From NCBI GenBank assembly GCA_951406725.2, contig OX597840.1, positions 36,084,001-36,148,000 on the forward strand: a stretch of 64,000 nucleotides of DNA, in the 5' to 3' direction. Below the pieces are notes generated by a model that searched no databases, was not told the origin of the DNA, and saw only the letters and a program-made list of their open reading frames with translations. This document shows, piece by piece, positions 13,433-26,900 of this stretch. Made by a program: the position numbers and the translations under genes. Source of the stretch: Octopus vulgaris (lineage: Eukaryota). Within the stretch, counting starts at the first letter, position 1. The number at the start of each line of letters is the position of its first letter.

Positions 13433-13619
13433 GATGTAAACACAGCCAGACGTCTCTCTCAAAAGTCTGCGACCAGGTAACATGTACTTTGCTTCCGCTA
13501 ATTCTTTTAATCGTTCGCGTAGTCTCCGGCAGACATAGACACAGTCTCAGCACTTTCATCTTTGATGCAGCGAAACATGCGGAATGTGAGAACTGAAAGG
13601 AACGCAAAACATCCAGATA

Positions 13620-13880
13620 GACGATACAATGAAAACATGGACCAATCATTCGAAGTTTTCTTTCTTCAGTCGAGTTCCAGATTATCCTTGCAATTTCGGC
13701 TGGCTATACTCAAGATTGCTCCAATCTGGCCAGCCCCAAGGAAAAACTAAGCTAAGAGCATTAGATTCTTTGGAAGAAATCAGCGAATGTATACAAAAAC
13801 AAGGACGAAAAAAACGGACAATGTTACACAAATATAAATACAATTATAGATACAATAAAAATAATAACCGGACATAACAA
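13620..13880. repeat. Unclassified interspersed repeat (second copy at about 63320-63560)
   Basis: Shared gcaatttcggctg...agattgct..aatctg.ccagccccaaggaaaaactaag...cattagattc.ttggaa. Confidence 0.75.
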
Positions 13881-14024
13881 CAGGTGTCTTTCGACTAAGG
13901 ACGTATTGAATTAAGCTGTTGCGTGTGGAAATGAAGCCTTATGGCAGATATACAAAAATTTCATAAACACAGGGAAGAATATCGATGTTGCATGGACAAC
14001 GGTCAGACCAAGAAATAAAGAAAG

Positions 14025-14179
<155 letters not shown>

Positions 14180-14206
14180 ATAGATAGAGATAGAGGGAGA
14201 GAGAGA

Positions 14207-14238
<32 letters not shown>

Positions 14239-14247
14239 AAGAGAGAA

Positions 14248-14401
14248 AGACGATAAGAAAATGGAGAAAAAAACAACAAATAGAAGTGTGTCTGTGGTGC
14301 TAAAAAGCCATTATTTAATTAAGCAGGTGAGAGTAATAATGGCTTTTTAGCACCATAGACACACTTCTATTTGTTGGTTTTTCTCCATTTTCTTTTCGTC
14401 T
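14248..14401. repeat. Inverted repeat, ~67-bp arms, 19-bp spacer
   Basis: 14248-14315 versus 14335-14401. Confidence 0.9.
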
Positions 14402-14546
14402 GTATATACATTAAACTACGGTTTACCTTTTTAATTACCTGCTGCCGTATACCTTACACCAAGGACCATACTTACTGAGGTAATTACCAGCAGTGCCTCT
14501 GGATACTTCTATCCCTTAGAGGGCTTAACACCTCTAAATTATACTT

Positions 14547-14602
<56 letters not shown>

Positions 14603-14612
<10 letters not shown>

Positions 14613-14848
14613 ATGCATATATACATACATATATGTACGTACCTACCTCTACATGTATATATACATGCATATATGGGTACAGGACACCAAAAAACGTCGA
14701 ACACAAGGAGAAACGAAAACATAAACACAAAACCGAAATGTGTTTATGTTTTAGTTTCTTATTGTGTTCGACGTTGTTTTTTTTTGTGTATACATACATG
14801 TAGAGGTAGGTACGTACATATATGTATGTATATATGCATATGTTTTAT
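14603..14848. repeat. Inverted repeat, ~110-125-bp arms, ~9-bp spacer
   Basis: acatatatgtacgtacctacctctacatgt / acatgtagaggtaggtacgtacatatatgt, plus inner arms around aaaccgaaa. Confidence 0.9.
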
Positions 14849-14899
14849 TTATTAATTTATTATATGACGGAACGCACGCATCCATTTCTAAGTACGATT

Positions 14900-14929
<30 letters not shown>

Positions 14930-14985
<56 letters not shown>

Positions 14986-15481
14986 TCTAGTTGTGTGAGT
15001 GTCTGTCCCCTTCGATTTAGATTCCTAACTCCTCCCACATTTTGCGGTGCAGTTTAACCAAATTCGGGTATCTTATAGTCGTGATTCATATCGAGCCCGT
15101 CTGACTATTAGCGCGCGTCAACGATGAGTCTACGATTTTAAAAATAATTTAGCATCATTTTTTATTCCATTTTAATGCATAAAATGCATCGTGTGTCGAT
15201 GGCGGCGGAGTTGGCGTCCACGCTCACAGCTGCACCTGTTTGCTTCTCCCCCTTCCCTCCCTCGTGAAGCTGTGGGGAAGGGAGTGTAAAGAAATCAACG
15301 TCGTAATGCGTTGTGAAGGAGACCAGCGTTCTTTTAGAACAACGACTTCATGGCTTGAAGACACCAAAACAAAAATGGCTAAGAAAGCCCGAATTGGCAT
15401 CTATAAGGGAAGTAACTCTCTAAAAATGCTTATATAGTTATTTCCCTTACAAACCCGAGCAACGCCGGGCGATACTGCTAG
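14930..15481 (+). mobile_element. Non-autonomous Helitron, long variant
   Basis: TC(TA)nAAAA start, hairpin plus CTAG|T end. Confidence 0.85.
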
Positions 15482-15691
15482 TATCCAATAAAAATTCTAC
15501 AAGTTGTTTCCAAGCCTACTTAATTCCAAACAAAACGAAATATAATTCTTTTGAAATCACAAATTAGGCTTTTCCTCCGGAATTCATTATTGGAACGAAT
15601 GGGTTCCACCAACGAAAATATAAAGATCTTTACAATAGCCCAGGAAGGAGCGAACCTGGATGTTTAACATCCCTTTGAAGGATTTAGGTTC

Positions 15692-15728
<37 letters not shown>

Positions 15729-15731
<3 letters not shown>

Positions 15732-16153
15732 TTTTATTCTTTTATTCTTTTACTTGTTTCAGTCATTTGACTGCGGCCATGCTGGAGCATCGCCTCCTCT
15801 AGTCGAGCAAATCGACCCCAGGACTTATTCTTTTGTAAGCCTAGTACTTATTCCATCGGTCTCCTTTTGCCGAACCGCTAAGTTACGGGGACATAAACAC
15901 ACCAGTATCGGTTGTCAAGCGATGTTGGTGGGGACATATATATACAGACACACACACACATACACATATATATATATATATACATATATACGACGGATTT
16001 CTTCCAGTTTCCGTCTACCGAATCCACTCACAAGGCTTTGGTCAGCCCGAGGTTATAGTAGAAGACACTTTCCCAAGATGCCACGCAGTGGGACTGAACC
16101 CGGAACCATGTGGTTGGTAAGCAAGCTACTTACCACATAGCCACTCCTGCGCC
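15729..16153 (-). mobile_element. SINE family A, full length
   Basis: Tail and head both present. Confidence 0.9.
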
Positions 16154-16159
16154 TATATA

Positions 16160-16461
16160 TCTTTATATCTAAAAGTGAAGTTGTGTGCTGTCTGTCTCCT
16201 ACGATTTAGATTCCTAACTACTCCCACATTTTGCGGTGCAGTTTAATCAAAGGCGGGTATCTTATAGTCGTGATTCATATCGAGCCCTTCTGGGTATTAG
16301 CGCGCGTCTACGATGAGTCTACGAATTTTAAAAAAATTTACCATCATTTTTTCCCATTTTTAATGCATTTTTTTTGCTATTATATAAGGGAGGTAACTCT
16401 CTAACAATGCTTATATAGTTATATCCCTTACAAACCCGAGCAACGCTGGGCGATACTGCTA

Positions 16462-16462
<1 letters not shown>
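16160..16462 (+). mobile_element. Non-autonomous Helitron, short variant
   Basis: A|TC start, hairpin, CTAG|T end. Confidence 0.85.
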
Positions 16463-16536
<74 letters not shown>

Positions 16537-16618
16537 ATGTCTTTCTTTTGTCTGGCTTAAATCTCATTTGCAGACCCATGAAAATCGAACTTCTACTAAC
16601 TACTTTCCCTATGTATCT

Positions 16619-16619
<1 letters not shown>

Positions 16620-16673
<54 letters not shown>

Positions 16674-16844
16674 TCGAATCGTAGCCGCTCTCTCCTTCTC
16701 TCTCCCCCTCTCTTTCTGTCTCACTCTCTCTCTTTCTCACTCTGTATCTATACATATATGTATGTATGTGTACATATATGTACGTATGCATGTGTATATA
16801 TATAAATATATGTATATGTAAACATATATGTATGCATGTGTGTT

Positions 16845-16925
<81 letters not shown>

Positions 16926-16988
16926 ACATATATATAGGTATGTGCATATGTATATATATTTATATATATATATATGTATGTGTATATG

Positions 16989-17027
<39 letters not shown>

Positions 17028-17165
17028 ATGTATACGTATGTATACATATATGTACGTATGTATATATATATATGCATGAATATATATGTATACATATACG
17101 TATGTGTGTATATATACATGCATATATGCATATATATATACACAACTATTTCTTTGTATATAGGC

Positions 17166-17203
<38 letters not shown>

Positions 17204-17296
17204 CTGTGTGTGTGTGTTTATAAATATAAATAGATATGCCTGGACATAAATGTGTATGTGTATGTGTGTGTATGTGTGTACGTGTGTGCGTGTGTA
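16620..17296. repeat. Compound TA/TG/TC microsatellite field
   Basis: Directly visible. Confidence 0.95.
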
Positions 17297-17879
17297 TTCC
17301 TTCACAAATAGCCATGTTTATACAATTAAATTCAAATCTATTTGATATTTCATATTTCCTCCCTTAATAATCTCTCTAAACATTATATTATAATCCATTG
17401 TACACAACTTGTATTTGCAATTTATTACAAATTACATATTTCAGTTTTATTGTCTTCATTCTAAATTAAATAAAGAATTGGATGGCAGAGGGGAAAAGCA
17501 AAGACATACATTTAATGTTAGAACAACCCATGACGCGCCCTTCCATGTGGCAAAGTGAAAGTAGACAATGTTTAAATACAGGAAAGCACTTGCGCTTTCA
17601 GCCCCGATTTTTTCCCTTTTGTGTTCTACTTTCTATGTTTTACCTACGAATTAATTGCAGACACGGAAGGAATTCGTATTTTGCTAACGACACATCACAT
17701 AACGATACATCGACATCACCTAAATAATATATTGATATATATCTGCGTGTGTATATTTAAATATATCTACAGGGCGTTCAGGTTAACTTTGACAACACTT
17801 CATGCCTCCATTTTTCAGAAACATTTTCATATTTATTGGTGAAGAATCAACGGCGTTGGGGAGCATAAATATTGTTTTC

Positions 17880-18441
17880 ACATTTTGGCACAAGGCCAGT
17901 AATTTTTGAGGTAGGAGTAAGTCTGTTACATCGACCCCAGTGCGTAACTGGTACTTATTTAATCGACCCCGAAAGGATGAAAGGCAAAGTCGACCACGGC
18001 GGAATTTGAACTCAGAACGTAACGACAGACGAAATACCTATTTCTTTACTACCCACAAGGGGCTAAACACAGAGGGGACAAACAAGGACAGACAAACGGA
18101 TTAAGTCGATTACATCGACCCCAGTGCGTAACTGGTACTTATTTAATCGACCGCGAAAGGATGAAAGGCAAAGTCGACCTCGGCGGAATTTGAACTCCGT
18201 TTGTCTGTCCTTGTTTGTCCCCTCTGTATGTAGCCCCTTGTGGGTAGTAAAGAAATAGGTATTTCGTCTGCCGCTACGTTCTGAGTTCAAATTCCGCCGA
18301 GGTCAACTTTGCCTTTCATCCTTTCGGGGTCGATTAAATAAGTACCAGTTACGCACTGGGGTTGATATAAACGACTTAATCTGTTTGTCTCTCCTTGTTT
18401 TTCCCCTTTGTGTGTAGCCCCTTGTGGGCCGTAAAGAAACA
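17880..18441. mobile_element. SINE family C units in tandem and inverted arrangement
   Basis: gagttcaaattcc B-box plus gactttgcctttcatcctttcggggtcgat core (Nin/Deu-like); minus units 17880-18196, plus units 18197-18441. Confidence 0.8.
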
Positions 18442-19866
18442 GGTAAAAGAGACAGATAGAATAGGTACCAGACTACGAAATAGCTATTACAGTCGATTTG
18501 CTCAACTAAAAAAGAAAACCTTCAAAGCAGTGGCACAACATGGCTGCAGTCCAATGACTGACGAATGTACAAGATGAATAGTATACTAGCACACACGATA
18601 GTTGAATAGTAGATGTACAGTAGTATTTAAGTATGCTAATATTCACGAGACAAATACGCATTAATATGGTATACGATAAATGTGTTAATATTGATAAATA
18701 CATATACATATTAATGTGTTAATATAACGGCGCGATGGCGGTGTGCAAGACAAGCAAATTAACACTTACGTATCAGTCTGTTGGCTTTCTTACCTACAAA
18801 CGCATTAAAATAAGCAGCTAGAATACCATCACAGCTAATGTGATAGTATGGTGGTATTTAAATATCTAAAAAGAAATATTAATGTATGAAGAAACAAAAA
18901 GAACGAGTGTTAGTATTCATATATACATAATCACGTGAATGCCTTAATATGGAAAGTGTGCTGCTATGCTATCAAAATATACAAAGAAATTTGAATGCGT
19001 TAAAGGCTAGAGTATGGCGGTGTCATAGATAGAAAGACATATAACTCATACCGGATGCCCAATAAATCATTTTAATTTTTGATAAAAATTTGATAAAGAA
19101 TCTAATTGTGTGTGAGTGTGTGTGTGTTTGTTTGTTTTGTGTGTTAGCCTTGTTTGTTTTGTCTGTCTGTATGTGTGTGGATGTAAGTGTGTGAGCGTGT
19201 GTGCAGACGTACGTGTGTCGTCTGTATGGTGTGTCGTCTGTATGGAGTGTCGTCTGTATGTATGAATGTGTGTGTATTTGGTGTTTCTTTGTAGTTTTGT
19301 GGTTTCATATTTTGTTTTCTCTTTTCTTTCTTTTTTTTTTGGTGTGTGTATGTGTGTGTGTACAGTATGCATGTGTGTGTGTATATATGTGCGTGTTATG
19401 TGTGTGCTGCTTTGTTTCTGAGTGTGGAAGTCTTTGATTAATATATATATACATATATATATATATATACACGCATATACATATATGTGTGTGTATATGT
19501 GTGTGTATATGTGTGTGTCTACATATATACATACATATACATTTAACAACAAATAATTTTATACGTGCATATATATGCGTGTGTGCATGTGTATGTATAT
19601 TTGTGTATATACAGGCACATATATAAACGCACTTATTCAAATATATACACCCGTACGCGTGTATGAGACTTCATTATATATATATTTTCTCTTCCTTTAA
19701 TGTCATGTACCTACTCGTATGTGTATATATATATTTATATATATATATATGTCTGTGTACAGACATGTGTATATCTGTGTGTGTAGTCATACACACACAC
19801 ATATATATATATAAATATATACATCATACATATGCATATATATATATAGATATAGATATAGATATA

Positions 19867-19927
<61 letters not shown>

Positions 19928-19953
19928 CATGTATATATATATATATATATATA

Positions 19954-20053
19954 NNNNNNNNNNNNNNNNNNNNNNNNNNNNNNNNNNNNNNNNNNNNNNN
20001 NNNNNNNNNNNNNNNNNNNNNNNNNNNNNNNNNNNNNNNNNNNNNNNNNNNNN
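19954..20053. other. Assembly gap (100 N)
   Basis: Fixed-length N run typical of a scaffolding join. Confidence 1.
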
Positions 20054-20391
20054 CCAGCCCCAGCCCCAGCCCCAGCCCCAGGCCCTGGCCCTGGCCCTGG
20101 CCCTGGCCTGGCCCTGGCCCTGGCCCTGGCCTGGCCCTGGCCCTGGCCCAGCCCTGGCCCCTAACCCCCTGGCCCTAACCCTAAGCCTAACCCTAACCCT
20201 AACCCTAACCCTAACCCTAACCCCAACCCTAACCCTAAACCCAACCCCAAACCCCAACCCTAACCCTAACCCTAACCCTAACCCCAACCCTAACCCTAAC
20301 CCTAACCCTAACCCTAACCCTAACCCTAACCCAACCCTAACCCCCAACCCCAAACCCTAACCCCAACCCCAACCCCAAACCCTAACCCTAA
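20054..20391 (-). repeat. Telomeric (TTAGGG)n tract, read as CCCTAA on +, with CCCCAG/CCCTGG/CCCCAA variants
   Basis: Directly visible; begins exactly at the contig start. Confidence 0.95.
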
Positions 20392-21090
20392 TTTAATAAT
20401 ATGCGAGGGAGTAACTCTAGAAAGGGAGATAACTAAAAAAAACTCTTCCAGGGTTACCTCCCTTACATCTAATTAAATTACTATTATGTATTATTAAATT
20501 GAAATGTTCAAGGGAAGTAACTCTAGAAAGGGAGATAACTAAAAAAAATCTCCCAGTTACCTCCCTTACATCTAATTCAATTACTATTATTTGTTATTAA
20601 ATTGATGTATTCAAGGGGAGTAACTCTAGGAAGGGAGATTTACTCCCCTTGAATACTTCAATTTAATAACACAATAGTAATTTAATTAGATGTAAGGAGG
20701 TAACTCTGGAAGATTTTTTAGTTATCTCCCTTTCTAGAGTTACTCCCTTGAACATTTCAATTTAATAATACATAATATTAATTTAATTAATGTAAGGGAG
20801 GTAACTCTGGAAGATTTTTTAGTTCTCTACAGAGGAAGATAACTAAAAAATCTTCCAGAGTTACCTCCCTTACATCTAATTAAATTACTATTATGTATTA
20901 TTAAATTGAAATGTTCAAGGGGAGTAACTCTAGAAGGGAGATAACTAAAAGATCTTCCAGAGTTACCTCCCTTACATCTAATTGAATTACTAATATGTAT
21001 TATTAAATTGAAATATTCAAGGGGAGTAAATCTCCTAGAGATATATAAAAAAAATCTTCAAAAGTTACCTCCCTTACATTTAATTAAATA
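20392..21090. repeat. Telomere-associated ~105-bp repeat, forward-inverted-forward
   Basis: gg/aagtaactctag..gggag recurs near 20408, 20513, 20617 and 20921; reverse-complement units at 20639-20822. Confidence 0.9.
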
Positions 21091-21154
21091 ACGACTATTA
21101 TCAAACTGTGTCATGGAAGCTAATTAACTCTACAATATAATGTTCAGACGTAAC

Positions 21155-21350
21155 ACTTTTACTCCTTTCCTTGTTTAGTCATTTCAATGTGCCCATGCTG
21201 CAGCACAGCCTTTTCTAGAGTAAATCGACACTAGGACTTTTATCTACGTCAGTCTAGTATTTATTCTGTTGGTCTTTTCCCGAACGGATAGATTAATGGA
21301 GTGTAAAATTCACCGACATCGCTTGTGAAACGGTTTTGGGGACATCGAAA
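21155..21350 (-). mobile_element. Old SINE family A, 3' half
   Basis: Diverged tail half; duplicated at 37440-37640. Confidence 0.75.
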
Positions 21351-21419
21351 CACACACATATATACATATATATAAACATCTATATGTATATACATGTTTC
21401 TCTATATATATATATATAT

Positions 21420-22266
21420 ATTGCAGAAACAATACTGCTGTCTTTAGTGTTCCCACTGATATTGACGTAAGAGAAGCGAACGAAGTTGACTCCCAACACA
21501 AAATTGCAGACATAACCTTCACTCCCTCTGACATCGTAGCAGCAATAAATGAGGTCAAATACTACTCTGCTGTAGGCCCTGATAGATTCCCCGTTAGTCT
21601 CCTGAAGGAATGTAAACACCAACTTGCAGTCCCACTGACCAACCTCTGGAGAAATTCGTTAGATGCAGGTATATACCAAAACAGTTTCTATCCCAGTCAG
21701 TCATCCCGGTTTTCAAACAGGGAAACAGATCCCTCGCACTCAACTATCGCCCAATCTCACTCACCTCCCACATCATAAGTGTTTGAAAGGGTGTTAAGAT
21801 CAAGGATGGCTGACTTCCTGGAGACCCACAAACTCCTATATGCAAATCAGCATGGCTTTCGCTGTGGCAGGGACTGTCTAACACGGCTCTGACACCACAT
21901 TGAAGATGTACTCAAAGCCTTGGGAACAGGTTCGAACTCTGATGTCATATATCTTCACTTCAGTAAAGCGTTCGACAGGGTAGACCATAATATCCTACTC
22001 TCAAAATTGGCAAATGTTGGAATCCGTGGAAAAGTTCTACACTGGATCAAGTATTTCCTGGCGAATACAACACAACATGTTGTAGTTGATGGAGTCCACT
22101 CAAGCCAAGCAAAAGTCACCAGCGGTGTCCCTCAGGGGTCTGTCTTGGGTCCGCTACTCTTCATAATCTACATAAACGACCTTTCCAGTGTCGTACATTA
22201 CTGCAAAGTGAACATATTTGCTGATGACACCAAGCTCCAGCAAATCGTCAATGAAGAAGCAGACCG
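21420..22266 (+). mobile_element. CR1-group LINE RT fragment
   Basis: NYRPISLT, FSKAFDRVDH, SGVPQGSVLGPLLF, FADDTK; frameshifted. Confidence 0.9.
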
Positions 22267-23251
22267 ATCCAGGTATGTAGATACGGGGTGCTTAACACTC
22301 GCAAATCTGGAGTCACTAAAGGTGCAATTGAACTTCTTTTCATTTAGAACTTAGGGATCTGCAAATGTCGGTATCTTAGAGATGCTTAAAGTGTTTGTTC
22401 TAGCTGTAATTGTCGCATACAAACAGACGCTCACACACGTATACACAGAAATAAAAACATTCACACAAACACAAACACTGAAATGAAAACAGTTACATAC
22501 CTACACATGCACACACACAAAAGAAATGAAAATAGTCACACACAAACATACGCACCCACACAGAAATGAAAACGCAGTTACACATTCACACATAAAACCC
22601 TAACTAGCATAAACATACAATTTATTCAGAATGTAGAGGGGCATTGGGTGCTTTGCACTCGCAGTTAGAATATCAGCTCCTTCCACGCCAGAATTAGAAT
22701 TTCTGTCATCCACTTGTGAAATTAATACATTGACGACACATGGGAAAAATATGAGCAACATCTGAAGCCACTAAAGGTGCAATAAATTGAACTTATTTGT
22801 ATTAGTAGTTAGTGATATATGAATATCGACGTAGGAATGGCTGTTGTAAGTAGTTTGCTTACGAACCACATGGTTTCGGGTTCATTCCCACTGCCTGTCA
22901 TCTTCTGCAATTGTTACTATTGTAGCCCAGGGCCTAGCAAATCCTTGTGATGGGATTAAGTGAAAGGAAATTGATAGAATCTCGTCGTATATACGTTTAA
23001 ATGTGTGTGTGTGTGTGTGCGTGTGTGTGCATGTGCGTGTGTGTGTGTGCGTGTGTGCGTGCGTGTGTTTGTGTGTGTCTGTGTATGTTCGCACTCGAAG
23101 GGCACACGAGAATGCACGCACGTACTATCACACATACAGATGCAAGTTTTCTTAATAAAACGGAATGAACTCCCATTCCATCCCTTACAGTTTCTTTTTT
23201 GTTTTAGATACTACATATACGTGTGTTGGTATATTCACGTATATCTGTATG

Positions 23252-23302
<51 letters not shown>

Positions 23303-23934
23303 TATATATACATAAATATATATACGACGCTATGTACGACATATAAATACACAAACACATACATGTGTGTGTGTGTGTGTATATATATGAAGGTGCAATA
23401 AATTGACTTATTTTGATTTAGTATTTAGTGATCACAAATGTGGGTATCTTACAAATGGTCAAAGTGTTTGTTGTAGTTGTAAGTGACGTACACATAAACA
23501 AATAGAAAAACTCAGTCGCTCACACACTCGCGCACACAAATAAAAACACTCTCACACACAAACACTGAAATGAAAATACCCACACTCACATAAATAAAAA
23601 CAGTCCCACACACACAAGGAGCCCCAATAGGTCTATCAAAAAAGTTTCTAGTATTTTTCCTAGCCCATAATTTATGATAATTGAAATTCTTACAATAAAT
23701 AAATAACTACTAAATAAGTATATCGAACATTACGTCCCCGTAACTTATCGGTTCTGCAAAAGAGACCTATACATTAAGTAATAGGCATACAAAGAATAAT
23801 TTCTGGGCTTGATTTGCTTCACTAAAGGCGGTGCTCCACCATGGTCGCAGTGAAATAACGGAAAGAGTCTAAGAGCGACAAAGCGTATATAACGATAACT
23901 ACATACTTAAGGGAGATAACTACTTAAGGGAGGT
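22267..23934 (+). repeat. Subtelomeric segmental-duplication block
   Basis: Parts recur at 33901-34455, 40410-41510 and 42640-43725. Confidence 0.85.
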
Positions 23935-26900
23935 AATTACGTGGCCCTGAATTACATGCACCTGAATGTCCTGCCCCTTAATTACATGGCCCTGAATTAC
24001 ATGACCCTGTATTACCTGCCCTTGAATTACCTGTACCTGAGTTACATGTCCCTGAATTACATGCACCTGAATTACCTGCCCGTCAATTACCTTCCCCTGA
24101 ATTACATATCCCTGAATTACATGTCCCTGAATGACATTCCTCTAAATTACCAACCGCTGCATTACCTGCCCCTGGATTACATTACCCCTGAATTACCCGC
24201 CCCTGAATTACATGCCCGAATTACATGCCCCTGAATTTCATGCCCCTGAATTAACTGCCCCTCAATTACCTGCTCCTTAATTACCTGCTCCTTAATTACA
24301 TGGCCCTGAATTTCCTGCCCCTTAATTACATGCCCCTGTATTACCTGCCCTTGAATTACCTGCCCTTGAATTACCTGCCCCTGAGTTACATGTCCCTGAA
24401 TTACTGAATTACCTGCCCCTCAATTACCTGCCCCTGAATTACATGCCCCTGAATTACATGTCCCGGAATTATCTGCCAATGAATGACATTCCTCTAAATT
24501 ACCTGCCCCTGAATTACCCCTGAATTACCTTCCCCTAAATTACATGCATCTGAATTACCTGCCCCTGAATTACAAACACCTGAATTAGATGCCCCTGAAT
24601 TACCTGCCCCTCAATTACATGCACATGAATGACCTGACCCTGAATGATATGCCCCTCAATTATCTATCCCTAAATTACCTGCCCCGGGATTACCTGCCCG
24701 TGAATGTCATGCCCCTGGATTAACTGCCCCTGAATTACATGCCCCTGAATAACATACACCAGAATAAGATACACCTGAATTACCTGCCCCAAAATTACAT
24801 ACCCCTGAATTACCTGCCCCTAAATTACATGCATCTGAATTACATGGCCCTGAATTATCTGCCCCTCAATTACATGCCTCTTAATTACATGCACCTGTAT
24901 GACCTGACCCTGAATTATCTATCCCTAAATTACCTGCCCATGAATTACCTGCCCGTGAATGACATGCCCCTGAATTACCTGCACCTAGATTACCTGCCCC
25001 AGAATTACATGCCCCTGAATGACATTCCTCTAAATTACCTGTCCCTGAATTACCCACCCATGAATTACATGCCCCTGAATTACATGCCCCTGAATTACAT
25101 GCCCCTGAATTACCTACCCCTGAATTAACTACCCCTCAATTACATGCCCCTGGATTACCTAACCCAGAATTACATGCACCTGGATTACCTAACCCAGAAT
25201 TACATGCCACTTAATTACATGCCCCTGAATTACCTGCACCTGAATAACATGCCCCTGAATTACCTCCCCCTGAATAACCATCCCCTGAATTTCATGCCCA
25301 TGAATTACATGCCCCTGAATTACCTGCCCCTTAATTACATACCCCTGGATTACCTGTCCCTGAATAACCTATACCTGAATAACCTGACACTCAATAATCT
25401 GCCCCTGAAGTTCCTGCCCCTAAATTACCTTCCCCTGAATTACATGCCCCTGAATTACCTGCCCATGAATTACATGCCCCTGAATTACATACACCTGAAT
25501 TACCTGCCCCTGAATTACCTGCCCCTGAGTCATGTCCCTGAATAACCTGCATCTGAATTACCTGCTCCTGAATTACATACACCTGAATTACATGCCCCTG
25601 AATTACCTGCCCCTGAATGACATGCCCCTCAATCACCAGCCCATGAATGACATTCCTATAAATTACCTGTCCCTGAATTACCCCTGAATTACCTTCCCCT
25701 GAATTACACTCCTCTGAATTACCTGCCCGTGAATTACCTGCCCCTGAATTACCTGCCCCTCAATCACCTGCCCATGAATGACATCCCTATAAATTACCTT
25801 TCCCTGAATTACCCCTGAATTACCTGCCCCTGGATTACCTTCCCCTGAATTACACTCTAAATTACCTGCCCCTGAATTACCTTCCTCTAAATCACCTGCA
25901 CCTGAACTACCTGCCCCTGGATTACCTTCGCCTCAATTACCCGCCCATGAATTACATGCCCCTAAATTACCTGCCCATGAATTACATGCCCCTGAATTAC
26001 CTGCCCCTTAATTACATGTCCTTGAATTATTTGCCAATATTCCTCTAAATTACCTGCCCCTGAATTACATGCCCCTGAATTACCTGCCCCTGAATTACAT
26101 GCCCCTGAATTACCTGTCCCTGAATTACATGCCCCTGAACTATGACCCTGAATTACATGCCCCTGAACTATCTACCCGAGTCCCTGAATTACCTGCCCCT
26201 GAATTACATACACCTGAATTACATGCCCGTGAATTACCTGCCCCTGAATTACCTGCCCCTGAATTACATGCCCCTGAATTACCTGCCCCTGAATTACCTG
26301 CCCCTGAATTACATACACCTGAATTACATGCCCCTGAATTACCTGCCCCTGAATTACATTCCCCTGAATTACCTGCCCCTAAATTACATGCATCTGAATT
26401 ACCTGCCCCTGAATTACATACACCTGAATTAACTGCCCCTGAATTACCTGCCCCTTATTTACATGCACCTGAATGACCTGCCCTGAATTACTTTCCCTGA
26501 ATTACCTGCCCCTGAATTACCTGCCCCTGAATTACATGCCCTGAATTACCTGCACCTAGATTACCTGAATTACATGCCCCTGAATCACCTTTCATCTGAA
26601 TACATGCCCCTGAATTACCTTTCATCTGAATTACATGCCCCTGAATTACATGCCCCTCGATTACCTGCCCCTAAATTACCTGCCCATGAATGACATTCCT
26701 CTAAATTACCTGTCCCTGAATTACCCCTGAATTACCTGCCCCTGGATTACCTTCCCCTGAATTATATTGTGAATTACATGCCCCTGAATTACCTACACCT
26801 GAATTACATACACCTGAATTACATGCCCCTCAATTACCTGCACCTCAATTACATGCCCCTGAATTACATGCACCTGAATTACCTGCACCTGAATTACATG

